The notes beneath the pieces are model-generated. The model was not told where the DNA came from, ran no database searches, and saw only the letters and a list, made by a program, of their open reading frames with translations. Shown one piece after another: positions 22,897 to 33,595 of a DNA stretch of 37,963 bases. Both the position numbers and the translations under genes were made by a program. Every line of letters begins with the position of its first letter. Positions within the stretch are counted from its first letter, which is position 1. Where the stretch lies: contig JBJCIZ010001667.1 in NCBI GenBank assembly GCA_051294375.1, positions 1 through 37,963 on the forward strand, in the 5' to 3' direction. The stretch comes from Paraspadella gotoi (lineage: Eukaryota; Animalia; Chaetognatha).

Positions 22897-23165
22897 TATT
22901 CATTCTCCATTCATTCTTTCTTTTCCATGTCATTCTATTTCATTCATCCTCTTCATTCATCCGTCATTCATTCTCCATTCATCCGTCATTCATTTTCCAT
23001 CATCCGTCATTACATTTCTCCATTCATTCGTCATTCATTCTCCATTCATTCGCATATTCATTCCCATCATTTCATTCATCCGTCTTCATTCTCTATTCAT
23101 TCGTCATATTCATTCATCTTCGCCATTCATTCTCCATTATCCGTCATTAATTCTCCATTCCTTCG
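22897..23165 (+). repeat. 22-bp CATTCATTCTCCATTCATCCGT minisatellite, degenerate
   Basis: Same unit and orientation as 1378-2110; begins right at the LTR edge. Confidence 0.88.
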
Positions 23166-23449
23166 CTTTTTATTTTCTCGTTCATTCGCTACTCTTCTTT
23201 ATATTTTCTTCTTCTTCATTATCGTTCTTTCCTTACATTTTTTCCTATTTTACATGGTGACAATTTTACAAGCGTCGGTAGAAATACGCTGTCATTTGCA
23301 AACCAGTGGTTATTTTCATTGATTTATATATTTTGAGAGATAGCGCTTGCTCATCTGTTACTCATTTTACTCATCATGATTCGTTTTCTACTTTTTTCTG
23401 TTCAAGCCTATCTGTGTGCTACTTTCTATGCTCTTTACCTTCACGTTTC

Positions 23450-24865
23450 ACAGAGAGACCAGTCACTGAGAGACTTCAGCCCCGTCCCAAAACGGCTTTT
23501 TACGGGGACTGAGACATGTTGTAACTCAGTTCACGTCTTGTCACCACTTGTAGCAGATCTGACGTCTTGTCACGTGGGTAATAGACTGGTGGAGTCCCAC
23601 ACTTCGACCCACAGGCACTTTCGATGGATCTTGTGGACAACTGACGGAGGCGGTGACAAAGAGGCTGACACCCTCGCCGACAAAGGGTCTCGGCGTCACT
23701 CGCGACGGCGACACAAAGGCGCTGGATGCGCGCCGGCGCCCACTTCCGGCGACGAGGGGAGTTGACGGCAGTCTCCCCAGTAATGCGCGCGACGGGTCGA
23801 TGACGGAGATACGCCTGGCGAGGCAGGTGACTACTAGTTCCTCGACAGAGTAAAAAGGCCTTCTTGTGTTGTCGTCTGTTGGGGTCTTATCATTAATGTG
23901 GAAAAGGATGTACCAACGACGACCGTGGGGATGCCCGGCAAATCTCTTTCCCCCCCCCTCCCCCGCGGAAAATTATTTCAGCGAAGCCGCGGTGACTATG
24001 CAAATATCCTGCGATGTCCTGTTTTGCAGCCTAGGAGGTGCTTTTTCTTCGACGTCGAGCTCGATGCATCAGATGATCCAGTCACGACTGCGGATGCGTC
24101 TTCCAGTTCTTGCCCAATGTTGACGAACGGTGGGGGCGCTGATGAAGACAGCCTCCTCCCAAGTGTATAGACTATTGCTGTTATACCGACGACGATTTTT
24201 ATCTTAGGTTTTATTCGTTTTTTAAATTGGTATTTTTTTTATTGATCTGTTTTAATCTGTTTGTTTAGCTACGTATCGAAACAATCTTTCAGCGATGATT
24301 ATTAATTCGCCCGTTTCATATGTTTTAATAAGACAATGACTTCNNNNNNNNNNAATTCTTACTCGACTTCTTTTTTCTTAATAAATTGCCGTGTGCTCGT
24401 GTAGACGCCTCAACTTGACCGCCGTCGTGCCGCTACGGAGGACCGTCGTCCTCCACGTCCCTCGCTGACGTCTCCGGAAGTGGGCGTGAACGCGTCTGGC
24501 GCAGTTGCGCGTGCGCCGAGGACGTCGACTTGCCGTGATGAAGGGAGTCAGGGCCCGACTGCGCCGTAAGTGGGCGCCGTGAGCCCGTAATCGGCGAGGC
24601 TATCGTCACCAAAGCATGGCCGCAAGACGTGGGCCACAAGTCTATCCGCGAGTCTATGACGGAGGCTAAAGTCCGACCACTAGTACGTCCACAAGTCTCC
24701 TGCGGTGTGGTCTTGTAGTGGGCTCTGTGGTCATGACGTCACTGTCTGCAAATGGTATCAAAAGGTGACGGTGGTGACATGAAGGACGTCCAGTAGCCTT
24801 GTAAAAGGCAGTTTGATGACGGGCGGAAAAGTCCCAAGAATCTAAGTGGCCTAGTATATCTGGTA
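23450..24865. repeat. Two diverged, oppositely oriented copies of an unidentified GC-rich sequence (23450-23800 + and 24430-24865 -)
   Basis: Shared colinear blocks: cccgtc..aaac.gc.ttttac, gcaga..tgacgtc.tg, cttgtgg, cctcgccga...ggg...cggcg, cgcccacttccgg.gacg. Confidence 0.6.
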
Positions 24866-24989
24866 AGAAAAGAAAAGAGGAGTGAAATCTCCTAAAGAAA
24901 AGAGACATCTATCGGCAGAAACGCTAATAACAAAAAGCAAACAAATAAATGGAGGGAAAAGGGGGACATATCTCTACAGGTTTTTGTAT

Positions 24990-25245
24990 TAATAAATGTC
25001 TTTTTGATGGTATAATTTTTTTTATTTTTTTAAAGTCTGTTCCACTCGCACGATTCCATCAAAACTGTTTAACCGGCTGAATCACACTCTTTCTTACTCG
25101 CACAATATTTCATCCCAATCCATTCATCAAATTATGAATAATTAGAATAATTTTTAGAAAAAAAAAGTAAAAAAATTCAGGTAAATGTGTTTTTAGTTTT
25201 TTCCATTTAAACTCATTTCCACTCGTAGGATTCCTTGAAACTATG
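24990..25245 (+). repeat. Dispersed/tandem ~190-bp AT-rich repeat (copies at ~24990, ~25180, ~30497)
   Basis: Shared taaatgt...ttccactc.(c/t)a.gattcc core in all three. Confidence 0.6.
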
Positions 25246-25273
25246 GTGGACTAAATCCACCAACCATTCATCA

Positions 25274-25460
25274 GCGGCCATTGGTGCCGGAGGCAAGTCA
25301 TTCGCCTCCCTACCTAAAGGTCGGGGTTTTAGCCCGGTGGTCGACTAGCAGTTAAGAGGGACGGGGTGCTTAACCTGCCTGTAACACGGTGCTACAGCCT
25401 GATCCGAAGCTCAGGGACTGCTTATATTGAACGGTTCTGTCACTAACACATAACAGTAAT
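25274..25460 (+). mobile_element. Probable tRNA-derived SINE
   Basis: Head 25274-25345: CGGCCA/TGGTCG acceptor-like stem, A-box-like TGGTGCCGGAGG, B-box-like GGTTTTAGCCC; non-tRNA body follows. Confidence 0.55.
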
Positions 25461-25557
25461 TACTGTCTCTCCAATACAAATTAGATATATAATGATCAAG
25501 AAAATGAATATAACTTGCTAACTATATTGCTTATGCTGGTTACTTTTACCGACCGGT

Positions 25558-25642
25558 GTTAGGGAAGGGTTAGGGATAAGGTGGTTTAGGGGTTGTTTTA
25601 AGATTAGGGATAGTTAGGGTTTAGGGTTAGGGTAATTAGGTT
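25558..25642 (+). repeat. Degenerate (TTAGGG)n tract
   Basis: Several exact TTAGGG hexamers among variants. Confidence 0.75.
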
Positions 25643-25659
25643 TAATTTTAAAAATTTTT

Positions 25660-25695
25660 GACAAGTCAGACATGTTTCGACTCTTTACAAAGAGT
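25660..25695 (-). ncRNA. Truncated hammerhead ribozyme (3' part only)
   Basis: Minus strand ACTCTTTGTAAAGAGTC-GAAACATGTC-TGACTTGTC, homologous to 26940-26978; CTGATGA absent. Confidence 0.6.
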
Positions 25696-25779
25696 AGTGG
25701 TAGCCGACCAAATTCAAATTTAATGGTACAGTATTAAACTAATCCATTATTGCTATTAATTATTGTATTAAAAATTTTT

Positions 25780-26190
25780 TTTGCAAAAATGTTCCAAACC
25801 ATGAGTAATTCGCTAATTAATATTATTATATTGCTATATAATGGCAAAATTTTTTTTTGGATATTTTAAGTTTTTTTTAATTGATTCTGATAGAGCTTAA
25901 AAATTAAGCAAAAATATAATTACAATTTTTTAAATTTTGATGTTTTATTACTAAAATTAGTAAAAACTGCTAAAATCATCGGATGATGATGATTGTTTAA
26001 GGTTTTTCGCAATTTTGACCCACTTATCATCAAATTATTGAAAAAAGAATTATACTTTTGTGTAGACAACTTTTTATAAGCTATCTGAATCTGCTTTTAA
26101 AAATACAAAATTAAAAAAAAAATTTTGGCATTTCCTATCTATAAATAAATATTAAAAAATTAATTACTAATGCTTCGAGCCATTTTAGTA
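25780..26190. mobile_element. Old AT-rich foldback / MITE-like imperfect palindrome centred near 25983
   Basis: Mirrored blocks: gattctgatagagctta / taagctatctgaatc; atggcaaaattttttttt / aaaaaaaaattttggcat; aatcatc / gatgatt. Confidence 0.6.
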
Positions 26191-26275
26191 AATTTTGGTC
26201 CATTGAAAGTTTTCTCAGAATGTATGAAGTTTCATTTGGAAAAGTTTCCCAAATCAAACTTCTGACCCACCCATT

Positions 26276-26980
26276 GACAAAGTTTGGCTCTAGTTAGAAG
26301 TCTTCATCAGCAAGTGACTTTACAACAAATTTCTCTGTGAAACTGAAAGTTGAGTTTAGTGAGAGAGAGAGAGATTCCAACAAAGATTGACGATAAGATC
26401 GGGTCATTGGCCTGTCATAGGTAAAGAGGATATATTTTGTAGAGCGTGACATTCTGGGGTCTGTAACGTTCCACTTGGCCTGATAAGCCTGCCGACGGCC
26501 CTCTCTCACCTGACGGTGAGGCAGGCGGTTGCCTTTTCTTACCTGTTTTGATAAATTTTTGAGCTCTTTCTTTTACTTACTTTCACTAACTCTTTACTTA
26601 CCTATCCCTACCACTTATTCTTCCATTTCAATTTCACTTCATTTTACTAATTATTTTCACTGTTGTTAATAGTAGTATTACTTAGTTAATTCTAAGTTTA
26701 CTTATTTATTCTTATTTTTCTCTGTTGTACATTACTAAATGTATTAATTTCATTTGTCTCTCTCCTCTCTCTTTTCATTTTCACAATCTTACTTCTCCTT
26801 CCCCTGTCCTTACCTTGAACTGTCCTCACATCTGACCACTATCTCTCACGCAATTCTTTGTTGGAATTTCTCTCTCTCTCTCTCTCACTAAACTCAACTT
26901 TCACAGAGAAAATTGTCGTAAAGTCACTTGCTGATGAAGACTCTAACTTTTTAAGAGTCGAAACATGTCCGACTTGTCAA
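26276..26980. mobile_element. Penelope-like (PLE) non-autonomous cassette: ~100-bp inverted arms each carrying a hammerhead motif
   Basis: 26292-26390 is the reverse complement of 26851-26948; right arm has an intact hammerhead core, left arm a decayed one. Confidence 0.6.
26921..26975 (+). ncRNA. Minimal type I hammerhead ribozyme (PLE type)
   Basis: CUGAUGA(A) 26931-26938; stem II GACUCU/AGAGUC; GAAA 26960-26963; palindromic stem III ACAUGU; GUC cleavage after 26969; stem I AAGUC/GACUU plus G-C with a bulge. Confidence 0.78.
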
Positions 26981-27499
26981 AAAAATTTGTTGCCACATTA
27001 AAACTTTTTCCTAAATGCTAAAACAACGAAATCGAAAGTCTATACATAATAATTTTTTAAAAAAAATAAGTATTTGCAAGTTTTTCAAAAGCCGCCCAAA
27101 CCGCGGGTGGCAAAAGTAAAATTTAGCCGCGTTTATAATGAAAATGAATTTTTTTAAAACGTTAAACAATGGTAAAAGCGCGATTAGGAATAGGAAATAT
27201 TCGAGTTGTGAAAGAAAAAGATGGACGTGTTAGGACCCACCGGTCCGTCCTCCTAAAACGACCCAAACGATAAATCCTTGTGACGAAGTAAAGTTCTAAC
27301 TCAGATATCACGATTCGCGAGTCTTTGGATCTAAATGACGAAAAACGATAGGGTAACAAAATTAAAAAATTAAAAAATAAAATAAAAATAGTCTACCAGT
27401 CATGATTCAATGTTGACAATTCGCCATGTTGTTTTTAAATGCGCAATTGGTCCACTCTCTTTAGTCCTTTGTTGCTTCGACAACAAAAGAACATGTACT

Positions 27500-27794
27500 G
27501 AAAAGCCATGGCTCGCGACCAGAACGCTCGTAACAAATAAAGATCTACATCGCATTTTAGAGATATAATATAATATATAAGATAATATAATTTATAATAT
27601 AATTTATAATATAATACAATTTATAATATAATTTATAATATAATACAATTTATAATATAATATAATTTATAATATAATACAATTTAAAATATAATATAAT
27701 TTTAAAAATTTCAGCGGGAAAGATTTATATAAACGAGGCCACAAAAGATCCTCTTTTGCAAACCGCGGTGCTCGTCGCAAGGCCATGGCTTTTC
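27500..27794. mobile_element. MITE-like element with 13-bp perfect TIR and AT minisatellite core (copy 2 at ~34121-34413)
   Basis: GAAAAGCCATGGC (27500) / GCCATGGCTTTTC (27782); core of ataatataattt repeats at 27563-27705. Confidence 0.6.
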
Positions 27795-28724
27795 GGATTT
27801 TGATTCAGCGGTAGAGCAATTATGCTCGTTTGGGGTCCAATATAGAATGTTAATCGAAGCAAAAGCCCTTTGATTCTTCGGATTTATTTTAACGTTTAGA
27901 ATATTAGCTCGCGCTCCACCTAAAAATGAAAATAGAGAACACTGTACTTTCTAACCATGTATTCAAAATGGACATTCATCCGTGGGCATGACGTTGGGAA
28001 AATGAGCTAAAAAAGGAGTTCATTTGATTACCAAAACAAGCAATCAAGCTTGGAATTTTTTTACCTTTTTTTAGATCAATGGAGAGAGAAAAACCATGGC
28101 TGTCATATATTAAAGTCAAAATGAAGTACCGTTCTTTATTATTGAAGAACGAGCTCGTCTACGGAGAGTAAGTTACGAATGGGTCAAACCAGTCAACTTC
28201 AAATGCATTTTAATACATGAAAAAATGAAAATTCCGCTCGCGCTCCACCTCGATGCCCTTCCCAAGACCCTACACTTTCCGAATCTACCCATATTATTAC
28301 TATTTTATAAAGGTTTGACCATAGGCATTTTATATAGAATCGATTTCTAGCGAAAACTTGATCCACCCGTCGACCAAAACGACTTTCATCTCCACTTAAT
28401 CCCTTGAGATCTAAAAAATGGAATGCACTTAATTCTCTGCCTCCTTCCCGTCTCCTTCCTTTGTTTATTCTACTTTAGACAAAATATTTACAAAATATGG
28501 CACCGAGCTCGTAAGAATCTACAAAATATTAAAACTTTGGAACTGAAGATATTAAGAGAGACAAATTGAAAGAAAAGTTTAATTACTAAATTGGAGGCTA
28601 AATAAAATATAAATAACACTGTAAATCAGATGTTTGATCATAATGTCAAGAGAACCTTTTCTGGTTCCTTTCTATTGCTTTCCAATATCTGTGTCTGCGG
28701 ACCGGCGTTCCCCATCTACAGGTA

Positions 28725-29290
28725 TTAGGGTTAGGTAGTTTAGAGGTAGGCATTGAGAGTTTAGGGTTAGGGGTTGAATTTACAAGTGTCAATTTTGTTT
28801 GGGACTAGTTAATGGGAAAAAAAATGGGGTTTTTTCCCACAAATAGGGTGTGTAGGGGTTATGTTGATGAACAGGACAGGCCCGCGTTAGGGTTAAGGGT
28901 TGGGGAAGGTACTGGGGAGGGACAGTTAAGATTAGGGTTTTAGGCAAGAAATTACAGGAGGCCGGGCCGGGTTAGGGTTGGGGATAAGGTACGGGTTGAA
29001 GTTGAATGGGAGGTCCGGTTAAGGGTTAGGAGGGCCGTTGGTTGACGCAACATCGAAGGCGGGTTAGGGTTCAGGGTTAAGGCACGGAGAATGTACGGGA
29101 GCCTGGGCCTGGGTTAAGGTTAAGCGGAGAAGGCACAGAGATGAGGCGGTGTTAAAATTAGGGTTTTAAACGGGAGTTGAACAGGAGGCGACGGGGTACA
29201 GGTTTGGCGAGGGGCCTGTGGGTTGACGTGGTCAAAGGCAGTTTAGGGTTAGGTTTTGAACGGGAGGTGGGTTAGATAGAGTTAGGAGGA
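28725..29290 (+). repeat. G-rich array of short TTAGGG tracts separated by spacers (copy 1)
   Basis: Recurrent ggttagggtt(a) separated by ~20-40-nt G-rich spacers. Confidence 0.75.
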
Positions 29291-29582
29291 GCCCATGGGT
29301 GATGCAAAGATATGCTGTCAAAAAATGTATCTGGCATTGTTTGCTCAAACTTGTTTATTTTGGCTGCAGCTCCGGCTCTGGCCAGCTATAGATTTTGGCT
29401 CCGGCGCCAGCCAAAAAGCTTAGCTTTGGGGTCTCTGGCTCTAGCTCTAACCCTGGCTTGACATCCTTGGATACAACTAAAAATGAGTTATACTGGATCA
29501 ATTATAGTAAAAGTTAAAAAGTAATCACATTCAATGTAGGTACATATAAGATTCGTTTAAAATTTAAATTGTTTGTTTCCAA

Positions 29583-29997
29583 AATTATGGGTAGGCAGAT
29601 CTAAAATTTTGTAATTTGTCTAACTTGAGACACATAGTTTAATAATGCTAAGAATAATTTCAATATTTATTTATTTATTTAGTTATTTACCTGCATCAGT
29701 CCCAAATACTTTTTTTTTTTGAGCATTTTTTTGTCTCCTTTGTGCAGTCTGGATTGATTTCCTTAAGAAAAAAAATTATATTTTTAGTGTTAAAGAACGT
29801 CCCCACCTGCATATATTTTTTTAATTGTTTAATCACGAATGATACAAATAGAATTCCTTTTACTTTTCTGATACAAATTTCAAAGGTTAAACTCATTATT
29901 TACTGATAATATGAAATTGGTACTACAAAAATAAAAATGATCTATTTAGTTAATGAACAAGTTTAAGCAAACAATGTCGGATCTGCCTACGATAATT
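29583..29997. mobile_element. MITE-like element, ~19-bp TIR
   Basis: AATTATGGGTAGGCAGATC / GATCTGCCTACGATAATT; AT-rich non-coding interior. Confidence 0.6.
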
Positions 29998-30009
29998 AAG
30001 TGGCAATAA

Positions 30010-30414
30010 GCTAACTTGGTCAACTTGCATAATTTAATCAACTTGCATTATTTGGTCAACTGGCATAATTTGGTCAACTGACATAATTTTGTCAGTTGGC
30101 ATAATTTGGTCAACTGACATAATTTGGTCAACTGACATAATTTGGTTAACTGACATAATTTGGTCAACTGACTTAATTTGTTAAACTGACATAATTTGGT
30201 TAACAGACATAATTTGTTCACCTGACATAATTTGGTCAATTAATATAATTTGGTCAACCGGCATAATTTAATAAAATGGCATAATTTGGTCAACTGGCAT
30301 AATTTGGTCAACTGGCATAATTTGGTCAACAAGCATAATTTGGTCAACTTGCAGAATTTGGTCAACTGGCATATGTTTGTCAATTGGCATAATTTGGTCA
30401 ATCAATCAATCAAA

Positions 30415-30458
<44 letters not shown>
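30010..30458 (+). repeat. 18-bp minisatellite CATAATTTGGTCAACTG(G/A) running into (AATC)n
   Basis: About 21 tandem units to 30400, then (AATC)n. Confidence 0.95.
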
Positions 30459-30605
30459 GAGAGAGAGATAGAGAGAGAGAAACTTTAAAAAATTCAAATA
30501 AATGTGTCTTTTGGTTTTCTAATTTGAACTCTTTTCCACTCCTACGATTCCATCAAAAAATTTATATCCATCTTTATCACATACTTTCCTACCCACAATT
30601 ATTGG

Positions 30606-31543
30606 TGACGTCTATCGGCCAAGACCAATATATATATTCACTCAGAAATCACATCACTTTCGGAATTTGGGGTATTTAAAATTCAATGATATCTAATTAA
30701 TGTTTAATAAACCACAAATATAAAACCGAAGTAACGACTCGGGACCCTTTATCCCACTGGCTAGTGGTAACCATCGTTCGCGCCAACCACTAGAAGTTAA
30801 AAAATTCGCTTTAATAGAAACTTATAACTAAATCGTTTTTCCTATTTAATTCTTTTATCTTTTTTGTTTCATAAACAACAATGAACAATCCGATTCAATT
30901 CGATTTATCAGCTGATTCCTCTAGTTGATATCCATTCCATCTAGCTTCTAAATCTTATTACAAACTATAGAACTCGCCAGAACTACTCAGTAATATTTTA
31001 TTACCTATGAGTAGTCTCTCAACAGTCGTTTCACTATTTTCATTGTTATTGATTGTTATGATTAATCCAATAATTAATTGCATTATATTATTATTATAAT
31101 AGATATTTTAATTGCTTGATGGCAAAAGCAGATGGAATACTATTATATGCTTTGATTATTTTATTAAGGTTTTTTTTATGCTAATAACCAAATAAGTTGG
31201 TACTGAAACTTTTATGATCAACTCTGGAGACTACTCCCTTTTTAAACTCGGTCGAAGTTCGCCTCCCGATTCCTTTACGCCACGCGCGCTAAATTTGGCG
31301 TAACTCCGGTCAACGTCCGCCAGAGGTCTTTCCGCTTTACTACGACCTTCGAGCAGCGCCTCTAAGCCTCCAGTTGTCCGTCGAAACGCGTCCTTAGGAT
31401 CTGGCGTCAAAGTGAGTTACTTTTCGCCCTACCTACATTGATGACCCCAACGTCGGATTTATTTCCAACCTTCTGAACGAATCTATCTACAACTATCAAT
31501 GAGCGAATCTCGAGAGACTCGCCAGTCCTACCTACAAACATAA
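30606..31543 (+). mobile_element. Older related CsRn1-type element: 5' LTR (~30606-31437), PBS, first gag codons, then truncated
   Basis: Reverse-complement similarity to the main LTR (tatgctttgattattttattaaggtt; atgaacaatccgattcaa; ctacgacct); CA at 31437, TGATGACCCCAACGT PBS, atttccaaccttc leader, ATG 31499 MSESRETRQS vs MSEPQETRQS. Confidence 0.85.
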
Positions 31544-33540
31544 TAATTATGAGTAAATTTAAGTAAAAATACTTCGAATAAATATGACTTTTGTTTTTTT
31601 TCCATTTTAAAGGGGACCCACATCATAGCTTAAGGGTCTATCATTAAAGGAATTGGAATGGTGTTTAGACCGATCCCCAGATGTAAGGTTGCTCTTGGCA
31701 ACCGACAAATCGCGTCGAGGTCACATACCAAAACGAACAATCGACCTGTCCATAAATACGCCGCCTTTGTCAGCTGAGATTAAATGACATGCCCAGAGTC
31801 ATTTATTCACTCGCGCGAAGAGACATTCAGATCGACCTGTCATCCGTGCGCCGATAGCAGAGAATATCTTGCCGCGGGTTCCGTCTCGGGCGCGAACAGA
31901 CATTTCGGGATATTGAGGCAAGAGAGAGAGTGGAGGAGAGAGAGAGAGAGAATGGAGAAGAGCTGTGTCTCTTCCTATCCGGCGTAAACAGACATTTCGG
32001 GAATGCGAGCTGTCATCCGCCGCCTTGGCATTGGTGCCCTATATTTTTCAAACTCGTCCAACTCGTCAACCCCTATTGTCTATTTTCTAGCTAGACGGCA
32101 ATGTTATACCTGTTCTGTCATCTACAGAGGAACGCGTCTCCATAAAAAATAAAAACTCTTTCACAAAATCTGCAGGGTTCCGTCCGGCTATCCGCCTTTC
32201 TAACCATTGGTTAAGTTATATTTCCATAGTTAATGTTTACAGAACTGGACTTCGCCTAAGCTATCGACATCCCAATCTATTCTTTTTTCTTTTTTTCTAG
32301 CTGTTCTTTTTATAAAAAAAACAAACAAAACAGCATGGGTTTCTTTTTTATTGTATAAATGACGAATATTTTTATTACTCAAACATATGTTTCTACATCT
32401 AACAAAGGTATGAAACTAACGACGACGTTGCTACGGGGATTAGGAAATAATCTAGAAACTAACCTACGAATTTTATTTTTGCATGCACACAATAATAATA
32501 CAATGAGAGAGACAGAAATCAGTATGATAAAAATTATGATTAGATTCCGCTATTTTTTTCAAAACGAGAATTTGACTCCAACAAGTTCGGTCACACCCTC
32601 CTCTCAGCCATTGACGCGCCAATGACCCGTCACCATCCCCTATGTCCTTCCTTTGCACAACCAAGGGGGGCCAGCTCATTTTGAGCTCTTTCTTACTGCT
32701 TAAATTTTAATTTCTTAGGCTCTTATATATCATTAAAATATAAACTAANNNNNNNNNNNNNNNNNNNNNNNNNNNNNNNNNNNNNNNNNNNNNNNNNNNN
32801 NNNNNNNNNNNNNNNNNNNNNNNNNNNNNNNNNNNNNNNNNNNNNNNNACTTCTGACCCACCCCATTGACAAAGTTTGGCTCTAGTTAGAGTCTTCATCA
32901 GCAAGTGACTTTACAACAAATTTCTCTGTGAAACTGAAAGTTGAGTTTAGTGAGAGAGAGAGAGATTCCAACAAAGGATTGACGATAAGATCGGGTCATT
33001 GGCCTGTCATAGGTAAAGAGGATATATTTGTAGAGCGTGACATTCTGGGGTCTGGTAACGTTCCACTTGGCCTGATAAGCCTGCCGACGGCCCTCCTCTC
33101 ACCTGACGGTGAGGCAGGCGGTTGCCTTTTCTTACCTGTTTTGATAAATTTTTTTTGAGGCTTTCGTTTAAAACTACGTTCCTGAGACTAAACCGGTCTT
33201 TACTTCCTATCTCAGACTCACTGTATTCGTTTGCCATTTTTCAATTTCACTTCATTTTACTAATTTATTTTCACTGTTGTTAATAGTAGTATTACTTAGT
33301 TAATCTTTAAGTTTACTTATTTATTCTTATTTTTCTCTGTTGTACATTACTAAATGTATTAATTTCATTTGTCTCTCTCTCTCTCTCTCTTTCATTTTCA
33401 AATCTTACTTCTCCTTCCCCTGTCCTTACCTTGAACTGTCCTCACATCTGACCACTATCTCTCACGCAATTCTTTGTTGGAATTTCTCTCTCTCTCTCTC
33501 TCTCTCACTAAACTCAACTTTCACAGAGAAAATTGTCGTA

Positions 33541-33595
33541 AAGTCACTTGCTGATGAAGACTCTAACTTTTTAAGAGTCGAAACATGTCCGACTT
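33541..33595 (+). ncRNA. Minimal type I hammerhead ribozyme, second copy
   Basis: Identical to 26921-26975. Confidence 0.78.

Larger units (their letters stand above)
26258..29402 (+). repeat. ~3.1-kb segment, copy 1 of a near-identical direct duplication
   Basis: Colinear with 32849-35956 from acttctgacccacc to tatagattttggctcc; differences mostly small indels. Confidence 0.95.

Noticed and set aside
25274-25345. Functional tRNA gene
   Set aside because: T-loop lacks TTC and the anticodon arm pairs poorly; better read as a SINE head.
25693-25710. AGTAGT as a Maverick TIR start
   Set aside because: Overlaps the hammerhead stem; no inverted partner; far from the Maverick genes.
30048-30444. 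LTKLCQ / WHNLVN repeat proteins
   Set aside because: Translations of an 18-bp minisatellite open on both strands.
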